From the IMG/VR virus record IMGVR_UViG_3300032218_002385, positions 1 through 40,535 of that record: a stretch of DNA of 40,535 bases. One strand, written 5' to 3'. The stretch comes from a virus (lineage: Duplodnaviria > Caudoviricetes). The position numbers and the translations under genes are program-made. Each line of letters begins with the position of its first letter. Position 1 is the first letter of the stretch. Of this stretch, positions 25,943 through 34,917 are shown piece after piece. The notes beneath the pieces were generated by a model. It saw only the letters and a list, made by a program, of their open reading frames with translations, searched no databases and was not told where the DNA came from.

Positions 25943-28672
25943 TTATCCTGATCTAGTAGAAGGGTTGGCAGCAAAAAATGCTTCTTTCTGAGCAGCAAGT
26001 TTTGCTTCTCGTGCAATTTCAGCATCTAGCTGAGCCTGTGATTGAAATTGCGAACTGTTGTAATCTATATTTGCTATTGCCCTGGGCTGTGCTAGTGCTG
26101 CATCTGCATTTGATCCTGTATTAGATGCCGGCAAATTAGACTCTCTTCCCAAGAATGTTGATTGTCCCGGTGCCTGTGCAGTTTGTGTACCAAAATCTCG
26201 TTGAAATTCTCCCAGGCCACGAGCAGCTGGTACTGGTGCATTACCTGTGGTACCTGGAGTAAGTCCAGTGGACTGACCAGCACGTGCCAAGGCCGCAGCA
26301 CCGGCATTGTTACCTGCTGCTGCACTGATATTTTGTGCTTGTTCTTCTGTTTTGCCTTCGCTGATTGCCTGCGTGTATGCCGCGACTTTTGCATCTTGCT
26401 GTTCTTGTCTAACGTCAATGTTTATGGGATTTCCAAAGTCCGGTGTTGGTACTTTGGGATTACCAATTACACCTTTGACAGCAGTGTTGACAGTACCACG
26501 AGCAACTGTGTTGATAACACCGTTGGCTGCTACTTGCAAGTTTATAATGCTGAACAGGCCACCTGTGGCTTTGTCAATCGCTTGTTGTGCATTTTTAGCT
26601 ACAGCATTAATTTTATTAAATGCTGCACCTGCAGCTTTGCCAACAACCCAGTTTACTGCTGCCTGCGGACCAAATCTCACAGCAGTTTGCAATACTGCGC
26701 CCAACTGTTGAGCAGTTTCGCCTTTGCCAAGAATGCCTTTCTTTTGCAATGCAGTAAAGCCGGCTGACATTAGATCCTGCTGAATTAGATTTTGTAGATT
26801 TGGGTTGGTCAACAGTGCATTGAGGTTAGGTACATAGTTTTTGCCGGTCCATATTGTTGAACTTGATAACAATCTAACAACGTTGCCAGCATTGACGCCT
26901 GGCACGCCCAGACCGTAACGGGCCAAGGTTCCAGGCTTTAGGTATCCTTGTGATTCTAATTGTCTAGGATCAAACCCAAATTTACCAATACCCAATGTAG
27001 GGCTTATTACATTAAATTGTTGACCCACTGCGGCAGCAGCCGACGACATCATACTGGTCACTTGAGGAATACGCAAAGATCCAATTGCTGTAGTGGCCGG
27101 AGATTGATTTAATATTTGTGCGCCGTTGACAGGTTGAGTTACAGGTAAATTATATGTCTGCGCCACAGCCGCGGCTGTTGGATTAGTTGCAGCAGGCACA
27201 GCAGCACCTGCAGGAGTTGCAGCCGCTGTAGTGCTATCACCTTCTGTCAGGGCAACTTTGACCTTTACACCTTTGTTATGATACGGGTAAGGTTCATGAG
27301 TAGGTGCTCTGCCCACAATAGTTGTAAGTTTTCCTTCATTGACTTCCCAACCTTTACCTTCTACAAACGTAGTGTCAGCAAGTTCAACGTCAGCCAATGA
27401 TTGAGGAGCTTTAACTGCGCCTACACCGGTTCCGCCATTGAGATCTATTTTGCCGGCCTTGAATGACAGTGACTGACCAGAGTCCCAGCCGCCTACGCTA
27501 GCACTTTTTAAGACAAGCGATCCATCACTGACAATACCAAAATTGCCTTTGCTGCCCATAGTAAAGTCAGTTGTGGCAACAAGATCTATTTTTTCACTGC
27601 TGGTGATACGAACATTTTTACTTTTAATGTTGATGCTGTTGCCGGCAAACATGTTGATACTGTCGTCAGCATGCAGATTGATTTGACCCTGCGATCGTAC
27701 GTTCACGCTGTTGGTACTGAACATGTCAATGGTGCCTTCAGAACCTAGTTCAACCCAGGTTTGTCCGTTGGCATGCACAATATAGAAAAAATCTCCATTG
27801 TCGCTCATGGTAATCTGATGACCTTTGCTGGTGCGTATACGCACTAAGTTATCGTTACCGGTCAGGTCACCGTCGTCCATTACTATGCTGTGGCCGCCTC
27901 TGCGTCCAACTATTTTGACATCTTCGGGCTTGAGAGAATTCAATTCTGGGGTGACATCGTCTTTGCCAGCGCCGCCTTGATAGATTGGGCGACCTGGCGT
28001 ACTGACACCGTAGACTCGACTGGGGCTTTCGCGTTGACTGTTGCTGGTAATAGGGCCGCGCTGAGGATCGTTTATCAAGCCTTGCTGCAACATTACAGCA
28101 GCAACTACACTGTGTACTGGTTTTTGTTTGTCAAAGTACCGTGGGTCTTCACTTATCTTTTCGTTTTCGCTGTTGATCTCAGTAACTGGCAACTGTTTGG
28201 AGTCGGCAAAGTAACTTTTCTGTTCATCATTTTGTAGTTCAAAATTCTTGCTGGCACCAATGGCCGGTATCATGTGATTGTTACCAGGATCTGGCACACA
28301 CCCCATGTAATAGCCTTGATTTGGATCACCCTGCACAAAGAAACAAATGACCTGTGTGCCAATATCCGGCGGAGTGAACCACATGCCATAGCTCTGCATA
28401 TTACCCACAAAGGTACCTGTACCTGTGTCTGTGCCGGACTGTTGTACTGCACCGTAAAATGGCGGTATGTAACTGACAGTTCTCCACAAGCTTTGATCAT
28501 CAGGGTTTGGGCCACTATACTGTTCAATATAGACCTGTAGTCGTCCCATTCTGGCAGCATCTACATTATTTTTAACTTCGCCAATGAATGGTCCAAACTC
28601 TGTGTTGGTGCCGCCACGATCAAATTTGTAGCCTTGCCCTCGTCCACGACTCCGTTGTATGTCTTCTGCCAT
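25943..28672 (-). CDS. gp5: Baseplate central spike (gp5/VgrG-like OB fold plus beta-helix) with C-terminal lysozyme-like domain
   Basis: The OB fold reads GEVKNNVDAARMGRLQVYI...SYGMWFTPPDIGTQVICFF. It is followed by RTSKGHQITMSD, beta-helix repeats, RAPTHEPYPYH, and a GKFGF...WTGK...LLTNPNLQ muramidase-like segment. Confidence 0.85.
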   Translation of the reverse strand: MAEDIQRSRGRGQGYKFDRGGTNTEFGPFIGEVKNNVDAARMGRLQVYIEQYSGPNPDDQSLWRTVSYIPPFYGAVQQSGTDTGTGTFVGNMQSYGMWFTPPDIGTQVICFFVQGDPNQGYYMGCVPDPGNNHMIPAIGASKNFELQNDEQKSYFADSKQLPVTEINSENEKISEDPRYFDKQKPVHSVVAAVMLQQGLINDPQRGPITSNSQRESPSRVYGVSTPGRPIYQGGAGKDDVTPELNSLKPEDVKIVGRRGGHSIVMDDGDLTGNDNLVRIRTSKGHQITMSDNGDFFYIVHANGQTWVELGSEGTIDMFSTNSVNVRSQGQINLHADDSINMFAGNSINIKSKNVRITSSEKIDLVATTDFTMGSKGNFGIVSDGSLVLKSASVGGWDSGQSLSFKAGKIDLNGGTGVGAVKAPQSLADVELADTTFVEGKGWEVNEGKLTTIVGRAPTHEPYPYHNKGVKVKVALTEGDSTTAAATPAGAAVPAATNPTAAAVAQTYNLPVTQPVNGAQILNQSPATTAIGSLRIPQVTSMMSSAAAAVGQQFNVISPTLGIGKFGFDPRQLESQGYLKPGTLARYGLGVPGVNAGNVVRLLSSSTIWTGKNYVPNLNALLTNPNLQNLIQQDLMSAGFTALQKKGILGKGETAQQLGAVLQTAVRFGPQAAVNWVVGKAAGAAFNKINAVAKNAQQAIDKATGGLFSIINLQVAANGVINTVARGTVNTAVKGVIGNPKVPTPDFGNPINIDVRQEQQDAKVAAYTQAISEGKTEEQAQNISAAAGNNAGAAALARAGQSTGLTPGTTGNAPVPAARGLGEFQRDFGTQTAQAPGQSTFLGRESNLPASNTGSNADAALAQPRAIANIDYNSSQFQSQAQLDAEIAREAKLAAQKEAFFAANPSTRSG

Positions 28673-31600
28673 TATGGTCCTTTAGCCTGTGTTTGTGGTG
28701 CTGCTGTATTTACAGGAGTCACATTGGCAGGTGTAGTTGTTTTAGTAGTTCCACCAGCACCTGCTGCTGCAATTTGCGGTTCAAATAGTGCAAAAGCTGC
28801 TTTATCTGCTGCAAAGTTAGCTGATATTCGAGCTGTATTTTGAATGCGACTCAATTGAGTCGGTGCATCGTATCCGTTTGGATTATTGTTTGTTGCTTGA
28901 GCAGTTAGTCTTGCTGTTTCAGATTTATAAATTAGATTAAACTGTTGATTTCTATACTCTTGATACTTTGCAAAACTCGCAGGATCTTTTGTTCTAAAAA
29001 TATTTGCATCGTATGTTGTCTGTGTGGTTTCAGTAACTCGAGTACCGCCTGTTTGTGCATTAGTCGGTGAAGCAGGATTAGCAGCACCAACTGGTGCTCC
29101 GCCGCTGGTTGGAGGTTGAGCCGGTGCAGCTGGTCTCACAGTGTCTGGAGTAGTTGGTCTTGCCGCTGATTGATTAGATCGAGTTGACCGTGATCCTGTT
29201 GTATTACTTGTCAATGCTGGTCTTGAATTTACTGCCGCAGGAGATCCACCGCCAGTCATAGCTGCTGCGCCACGAGTTCCGGTTGCTGCTGATGCAGCAT
29301 TTGCTCTCATTGCTGCTCCCAGTGCAGCATCATCATCATCTGCTGCTGTATTTTTCTTCACTGAATTTAACGGGAATAATACTATTGTGCCTTCCAGCTC
29401 TTGAGTAAATTTTCCTTTAGAAAATAAACTGGAAATTGTTGCTGTCTTATAGATATAGCTTTGTGTTGCTTCTTTGCTGCCAACGGTGGTTGCAGGATTG
29501 TTTGCACCGTAACGTGTTTGCCCAGGTTCAATAAGACCAGTTTCTAAACTGTAGTCAACTGGCTTACTCCACTGCACTTCGAATAATACTTCTTGACTTT
29601 CTGGATTGATTGTGCCATCTGCCAAGTAAGGGTCATAGTTAAATCCAGGTCCTGTTACACCAGTTCCTAATTCGCCTTGAAATATCCAAGACGGATCTCC
29701 TAGTATAGTCAAGTGACATCGTGCTAGGTCGCCTGGACTGTACAAATTGTCTTTGGCCTGCGCTGCCGGTTCAGTAACATCTACCGACGAACCCGGTACA
29801 CTTTCATTGCTCTTGGTTTGATACTTGTGCATGACATATTCAGCGTAGCGATAGTCTGCTGTTTGTTCCAACGGCGATGGCTGTTTACTGTTTACAACAG
29901 TATAATAAAGATAATTAAAATCTTGATTGTAATCTAAGATCTCAGAGTTCTCGCCAGTGAACCAATACTTGTAACTCTTGTGTACACCTCTAAACACTCC
30001 CTGTGGGAAATAAGGATTTTTAATATCGTTTACTAGATACGGACTAACTTGATAAGTTATGGCATAAGCATAGTCGTTTCTTTTTGGATCGTATGCAATG
30101 GGTTTAGCTTGTAGACCTATTCTCCACCATCCCATTATACTGGCTGTGGTTTTTTGCGGAACACTTTTTCCAGTAACTGGATCTATAATAGTATTTTGTT
30201 GTTTTGAAATGTAAGTACTGGCAGCAAGTGTGTTATCAATAAATTGCAATAAGGTAGTACCGGCTGTGGCACTATTATTTTTAGCTTTGGTATTGACTGA
30301 ACCGGCTGCTGGATTTAGTTGTTGAGCAGCAGTGGGATTATTTGGTCCCATGGGAGTGTTAGTTTTGTCTGTTTCGCCTGGTGGTACTAAGCTGGCTTCG
30401 GCTAAGATACTGTCGGTGAATATCAGTTCGTAAGTATTGGCTTCGTCAAAAATACCTTCTTCAACTTGCTGCTGTTCATATTCATTCATAGCTGCAACTA
30501 TACCCTGAGTTATAGTAGGTTTGGGTGCAGCATTAGCCTTAGGTGGTGCAGCTCCTGCAGCAGGAGTAGCAGCAGGATTGAATGTAGTTTGAATTACTGA
30601 TCCGCCGTTGAATATATCCTGCATGGTTTCGGCTGTCAGTTCGACGTTGTAAGGTATAGTACCCAGGGCCTGACCTGAGGCTTTTTGATTTTGTACCGCA
30701 ACAGCTTCGCATGCGTATTCAGTCAGTTTGTTTGATACTCGAAATTTAATGCTGGAAAAATTAAACGGAACATATTTTATTATAGGCTTGGTAGTTTTTG
30801 TTGGATCTTTTGGATCTATTCCCATGGCAGGTCCAAGGTTGCCATTTGCATCATAACCCATGAATTTTATCACCATGAGATAAATCTGTGCACCGTAGTT
30901 GGGTCTATCACCCATTATTGATTCAGTTGCCTTGTACAGATTGTCAAGCAAGCTGATGCCATTGGGTTCGGTAATTTTAAAACTTATTTTAGTAACGTTA
31001 TGAGCTGATCTTGTGCCTTTGCCTTGTTGTATTGATTCCAATTTGATATCATCAAGATAATAGTCTAAGGGAAAAAATTGGCTGCGACCATCGCCTAGCT
31101 GTTGCCCGGGCTGATTGGGAGACGAGCCAGTTTGTACATTATTGTTGGTGGGTGCTTGAGAATTACTCGATAGCGGTGCGCCGCCCGATGCCATCAGCAG
31201 CTGGCCATTGGGTATTGTGATATTTTTACTGGTAATATATGTGTTGTATTGTTCTGGCTTTAAAATATAAATGCCGATATTATAAGTGTAAGATGAATAG
31301 CGTGTGAGTGCGTTTGGTTGAGTTTTAATTGTGGTTTCAGTTGAACTGTATAACGTTTGCAATCTTGCTAATATTTCATTTCCAGCAGGGTCGGTTATGC
31401 CAGCTGAAACTCCAGAAGTACGAGCAGCAGATGCCACCGGACCTGGTGCAGGCAATGTTGGAGTTGAGCCAGGAGTACCTGCAGACTGTGACAAATTTGG
31501 TGTTGCTGTTGGCGCGGGTACTGCCTGTGTAGCAGAGCTGGACCGAGTAGGTGCATTAGTTCCAGTAGTGGGCGCAGTAGATGGACGCTGTGCATTTGTA

Positions 31601-31971
31601 GGAGTAGGTGTAGCAGCCGGCTGCACTCGACCATTTGGACCTGCAACAAGTGGAGTGCCCTGTGGGTTCTGTGTATTGGCACCGGTATCTCTGGCATTTT
31701 GAGCTTGTGCTGTGGTTTGTCCTGTGCTATTGGGCGGTGCAGAAGCTGCTTGAGCATTAGGCACTATTACGTTTTCAATAGCTGCAACTTTAGCTCTTGC
31801 TTCTGCAAGCTCTTTCCTTATAGCCGCTATATCCGAAGCTGGCTGGCGTGTTCTTTCAGCATCAAATAGTCTATTTTGTACCGCATCTTCTACCCCGTTG
31901 GCTATTTCCCATTTTGCTATATCAGCAGGATTGGTGATCTTTACACCGTTGATTGTAAGGCTTAGGGCCAT
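28672..31971 (-). CDS. Baseplate hub protein (gp27-like) with long Pro/Ala/Thr-rich N- and C-terminal extensions
   Basis: Located between the gp53-like and gp5-like genes. It contains NALTRYSSYTYNI, FKITEPNG, KSYKYWFTGENSEILDY, LTILGDPSWI and SLFSKGKFTQELE, typical of hub proteins. Confidence 0.7.
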   Translation of the reverse strand: MALSLTINGVKITNPADIAKWEIANGVEDAVQNRLFDAERTRQPASDIAAIRKELAEARAKVAAIENVIVPNAQAASAPPNSTGQTTAQAQNARDTGANTQNPQGTPLVAGPNGRVQPAATPTPTNAQRPSTAPTTGTNAPTRSSSATQAVPAPTATPNLSQSAGTPGSTPTLPAPGPVASAARTSGVSAGITDPAGNEILARLQTLYSSTETTIKTQPNALTRYSSYTYNIGIYILKPEQYNTYITSKNITIPNGQLLMASGGAPLSSNSQAPTNNNVQTGSSPNQPGQQLGDGRSQFFPLDYYLDDIKLESIQQGKGTRSAHNVTKISFKITEPNGISLLDNLYKATESIMGDRPNYGAQIYLMVIKFMGYDANGNLGPAMGIDPKDPTKTTKPIIKYVPFNFSSIKFRVSNKLTEYACEAVAVQNQKASGQALGTIPYNVELTAETMQDIFNGGSVIQTTFNPAATPAAGAAPPKANAAPKPTITQGIVAAMNEYEQQQVEEGIFDEANTYELIFTDSILAEASLVPPGETDKTNTPMGPNNPTAAQQLNPAAGSVNTKAKNNSATAGTTLLQFIDNTLAASTYISKQQNTIIDPVTGKSVPQKTTASIMGWWRIGLQAKPIAYDPKRNDYAYAITYQVSPYLVNDIKNPYFPQGVFRGVHKSYKYWFTGENSEILDYNQDFNYLYYTVVNSKQPSPLEQTADYRYAEYVMHKYQTKSNESVPGSSVDVTEPAAQAKDNLYSPGDLARCHLTILGDPSWIFQGELGTGVTGPGFNYDPYLADGTINPESQEVLFEVQWSKPVDYSLETGLIEPGQTRYGANNPATTVGSKEATQSYIYKTATISSLFSKGKFTQELEGTIVLFPLNSVKKNTAADDDDAALGAAMRANAASAATGTRGAAAMTGGGSPAAVNSRPALTSNTTGSRSTRSNQSAARPTTPDTVRPAAPAQPPTSGGAPVGAANPASPTNAQTGGTRVTETTQTTYDANIFRTKDPASFAKYQEYRNQQFNLIYKSETARLTAQATNNNPNGYDAPTQLSRIQNTARISANFAADKAAFALFEPQIAAAGAGGTTKTTTPANVTPVNTAAPQTQAKGP

Positions 31972-31974
31972 TGC

Positions 31975-32274
31975 TTAAAACCCCAACACTGATTGTAATG
32001 TAGTTACTTTTGGAACGTAAATTTCAACGCCGGCAGCAAAATCCCACGGCGGTGCTGTCAAAGTATTAGGATTGCGTTGATAAAACACCCACCACAGGCC
32101 CGGTTGTCCGTACAAGTCAAATGCCAGCATGTCAGGTCTGTATTGATAAGTTTGTGTAATTGTAAAATATTGATCGTCGGTGTAGCCGGGTATTGGTCTG
32201 TTGACCATGACATCAAGATAAAACTGTGTAACTCCAGTCAGCTCGTATGGACTGGTAGAACCGTATTGTGCCAT
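31975..32274 (-). CDS. gp53: Baseplate wedge protein with LysM-like fold (gp53/gpX-like)
   Basis: YQYRPDMLAFDLYGQPGLWWVFYQRNP...GVEIYVP matches the RPD-x2-A-x3-YG-x4-WW signature. Confidence 0.8.
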   Translation of the reverse strand: MAQYGSTSPYELTGVTQFYLDVMVNRPIPGYTDDQYFTITQTYQYRPDMLAFDLYGQPGLWWVFYQRNPNTLTAPPWDFAAGVEIYVPKVTTLQSVLGF

Positions 32275-33860
32275 TACCAGAACCCTCCTTTTTGTAAGTT
32301 ACCGTTGCCAAATTTTTCCAGACTAAATTGCTGGCTAACTTGTGCTCGTGTTTGAATTGGTAATAATGTTATTGCTATTTCCATCTTGGTCGGAACATAA
32401 GTGGGACTGGCCACGCCCAAGATAGGTGGTGCAGGTGGTATGTAAAGTCCACCTGCTGTGAGCCCAGCAGACTCCAGTCTGTCAGCAGAAGTTGAATCTG
32501 CCCCAAATCCGTTACCGCTACGAGCACGACGTTGCAACAGATTTGCACCACTGACACTAACGCTTCTAGCACGTATGTAATCTACATCATCCGGCAGTAC
32601 ATAATCAAACTGCGACACTACGCAAGGATGGTTACTAAATTGATACTCACCTAAACCTTGTAAAAATACCAAGGGTGGTGGTGAGCCTCGATACTGCTGA
32701 TCTTGTCCGTAAAACATCTTGGTCACACTACGGAAAAAATGTATCACTGCCAACAAATAATTAGCTTCTGTGGTATCCTGTGCTGTAAAAATAGCTGTGA
32801 GTTTTACTTCACCTACGTGGCTACCCTGGTAAAAATATCCGCGAACGTTACTGTGTGTAAGATCATATGGATTATATGTGGCTGTGTATGAAGTACTGAT
32901 TTTTGGAGTATATGGAAATATCACTCCGTTTGTTACTGCCAATGCTTGCAAGATGCCAGGATCTTTGGCCTTATAAAGATAATTGGCACTGGGTGCTAAT
33001 CGTAATTTTACACGCCAGTCACCGGCATTGTCTTGATTGCTTTGTGCTTGTATCTGGCCTTGCAAGTTAGCGTTGTTAGCACCGGATGCTGTTTGATTTG
33101 CTGCTGCTTGTGCTGCACTGACATCAGCCGATTTAGCTGCCGGAGATCCTGCAGGTGTAGGGTTACCAAATGAATCGTATGTTACTGGACCGGCCTGTGG
33201 ATTTACAGCAGGATTTACTGGAGCAGGTGCAGGTATAGGCTTAGGCGGTGCTGCTGTAGGCGTCTTTGGCACTTGTGGATTAGTTGCAGGTGCTACTGCT
33301 GCCGGTGGGACTGCGGCAACAATTGCAGCAGCATCTCCTGTACCTGCTGGATCAGTAAATGCCACTTGTGGGTTGGTAGCAGGTGCTACTGCTGTTGGAG
33401 TAGCGGCAGGTGTGGCGGCAGGTGTAGCGGCGGCAGGTACTTGTGAATTAGACGCAGGTCTAACTGGGGCAGTATTAGATGGTGTTACTGGCGGCACAGG
33501 TTGCGTTGCAAGCAACGGAGTTGTTGTTACTTCTGAGGTGCCGGCACCAGCAGCTATAATTTGAGGTGCAAATTTTTGTCGGGCTGCATCTTCTGCTTGT
33601 TGTGCTGCCACATCTCTAATGGCTTGTCTTGTATCGCCGTCAATGAGTGCACCTGGTGGCAACCTAGCTTTTTCTTCTGCAGTATATTTGTCTATTAAGG
33701 ATCGCTGAGATTCGCTTTGGTACTTTAAAAATTCCGCAAAACCCGCAGGATCACGCTGGCCAAATATTCTTCTGTCAAACGTTTCCCTTACTGTGGTCCG
33801 TTGGCCGATAACCTGTGGATCAGGCGGGTTAGAAACTGCGGTAGGTGGATTGGTGGCCAT
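32274..33860 (-). CDS. Tail tube initiator/baseplate-tube junction protein (gp48/gp54-like) with long low-complexity N-terminal arm
   Basis: The core GVIFPYTPKISTSYTATY...THSN...FTAQDTTEANYLLAVIHFFRSVTKMFYG...GSPPPLVFL...PCVVSQFDYVLPDDVDY has a tube-like fold signature. It precedes the gp53-like gene. Confidence 0.7.
   Translation of the reverse strand: MATNPPTAVSNPPDPQVIGQRTTVRETFDRRIFGQRDPAGFAEFLKYQSESQRSLIDKYTAEEKARLPPGALIDGDTRQAIRDVAAQQAEDAARQKFAPQIIAAGAGTSEVTTTPLLATQPVPPVTPSNTAPVRPASNSQVPAAATPAATPAATPTAVAPATNPQVAFTDPAGTGDAAAIVAAVPPAAVAPATNPQVPKTPTAAPPKPIPAPAPVNPAVNPQAGPVTYDSFGNPTPAGSPAAKSADVSAAQAAANQTASGANNANLQGQIQAQSNQDNAGDWRVKLRLAPSANYLYKAKDPGILQALAVTNGVIFPYTPKISTSYTATYNPYDLTHSNVRGYFYQGSHVGEVKLTAIFTAQDTTEANYLLAVIHFFRSVTKMFYGQDQQYRGSPPPLVFLQGLGEYQFSNHPCVVSQFDYVLPDDVDYIRARSVSVSGANLLQRRARSGNGFGADSTSADRLESAGLTAGGLYIPPAPPILGVASPTYVPTKMEIAITLLPIQTRAQVSQQFSLEKFGNGNLQKGGFW
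33270..33432. repeat. Intragenic repeats: 32-nt imperfect direct repeat (33270-33301 / 33363-33394, encoding AVAPATNPQV) and tandem AATP codons
   Basis: cacttgtggattagttgcaggtgctactgctg versus cacttgtgggttggtagcaggtgctactgctg, plus three AATP units at about 33397-33432. Confidence 0.8.
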
Positions 33861-33881
33861 AAGTGTCGTTATCCTGTATTA

Positions 33882-33904
33882 TATTTATCGTAGACAAAAA
33901 CGGC
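33882..33904 (-). promoter_or_regulatory. Late promoter GCCGTTTTT-N7-ATAAATA heading the baseplate operon
   Basis: GATAAATA lies 21 nt upstream of the ATG at 33860, with the same upstream element as at 25545-25553. Confidence 0.7.
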
Positions 33905-33922
33905 TAACTTTATAAAAAAGAG

Positions 33923-33951
33923 TTGTTTTTTTACGACAAACCTGTTATACT
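33923..33951 (+). promoter_or_regulatory. Sigma70-like promoter TTGTTT-N17-TATACT (extended -10 TG) for the late sigma gene
   Basis: -35 at 33923-33928, TG at 33943-33944, -10 at 33946-33951, and RBS AAGGAG at 33963-33968 before the TTG start. Confidence 0.7.
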
Positions 33952-33975
33952 AAGTAATCGACAAGGAGAACTAGG

Positions 33976-34917
33976 TTGTCCGATACCCCTATAACTAAAC
34001 CAGCAAAGGCATTGCCGCCCAAGGCACCACCCAGAGTAAACTATCTCAACAACAGAGATTTATTAAAACAGATTCACCTAAGCAAAAATACGTACTGTAC
34101 ATATCGCGATCCTGTAACGGATCATCAATACGACATTATTTTGCCCAGTCTTGACAAGATCAACCAACGCACAGTAGCAGAAGCTAGACGCAATCGTGCA
34201 GATCGACTTAAAAGAGAAACAGGTGTAGTGCAAAACGAAAAGAAAATCCCCAACACTGATCTGGTGTTTAGGATTACATGTTGGGATCATATACCAATTG
34301 CTGCCAAGAAAATACCCAAGGTAGTAGCAAAAAAGAAAAAACTACAAGACATCTTAGAATTAGATGAGCCAGTAGATGATGTATTAGCCGATATTGTTGA
34401 TGAAGTAGTATTAGATCCAACACATGTACGTGTAAACTTTCCTCCGTTTTATCATTACAGAATTACCGAAGAAAAAGAACCGTACCTGGTGGGCAAAAGC
34501 CATTGGAAAGGAGACTTAGTCGCAGGCGAGTACAGTAGGGATCACGGAACAATGACTCCCGAACTAGCACGTATGTTCCTAAAGCTATGCGAACGATATG
34601 CGACTCGCAGCAACTGGAGAGGCTATACTTACAACGAAGAAATGCGTGGACAAGCACTACTGCAACTTAGCCAAATTGGATTACAGTTTGATGAATCAAA
34701 AAGTCAAAACCCATTTGCTTATTATACTGCTGCTATCACTAATAGTTTCACTCGTATTCTAAATATAGAAAAGAAAATGCAGAATATCCGTGACGACATT
34801 TTGGAAATGAACGGACTTAACCCGTCCTGGACTAGACAAAACTCTAACAAGGCATATCAAAAGCCCGGCGAGGTTACCATAATTGATCCCAGCACATATA
34901 TTTTACCCGAAGAATGA
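33976..34917 (+). CDS. gp55: Sigma factor for late transcription (T4 gp55-like)
   Basis: Contains VNYLNNRDLL, FLKLCERYATRSNWRGYTYNEEMRGQAL and FDESKSQNPFAYYTAAITNSFTRILNIEKK. The gp55-gp47-gp46 synteny is as in T4-like phages. Confidence 0.9.
   Translation: MSDTPITKPAKALPPKAPPRVNYLNNRDLLKQIHLSKNTYCTYRDPVTDHQYDIILPSLDKINQRTVAEARRNRADRLKRETGVVQNEKKIPNTDLVFRITCWDHIPIAAKKIPKVVAKKKKLQDILELDEPVDDVLADIVDEVVLDPTHVRVNFPPFYHYRITEEKEPYLVGKSHWKGDLVAGEYSRDHGTMTPELARMFLKLCERYATRSNWRGYTYNEEMRGQALLQLSQIGLQFDESKSQNPFAYYTAAITNSFTRILNIEKKMQNIRDDILEMNGLNPSWTRQNSNKAYQKPGEVTIIDPSTYILPEE

Noticed and set aside
26162-26767. 201-aa Cys-rich plus-strand ORF and similar antisense ORFs across the structural genes
   Set aside because: These arise from the reverse complement of Ala/Thr/Gln-rich codons and have no independent coding evidence.
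33270-33432. 32-nt direct repeats as a mini-CRISPR or DGR template/variable repeat
   Set aside because: There are only two copies, both in frame within a coding linker and differing at synonymous positions, with no cas or reverse transcriptase gene in the window.
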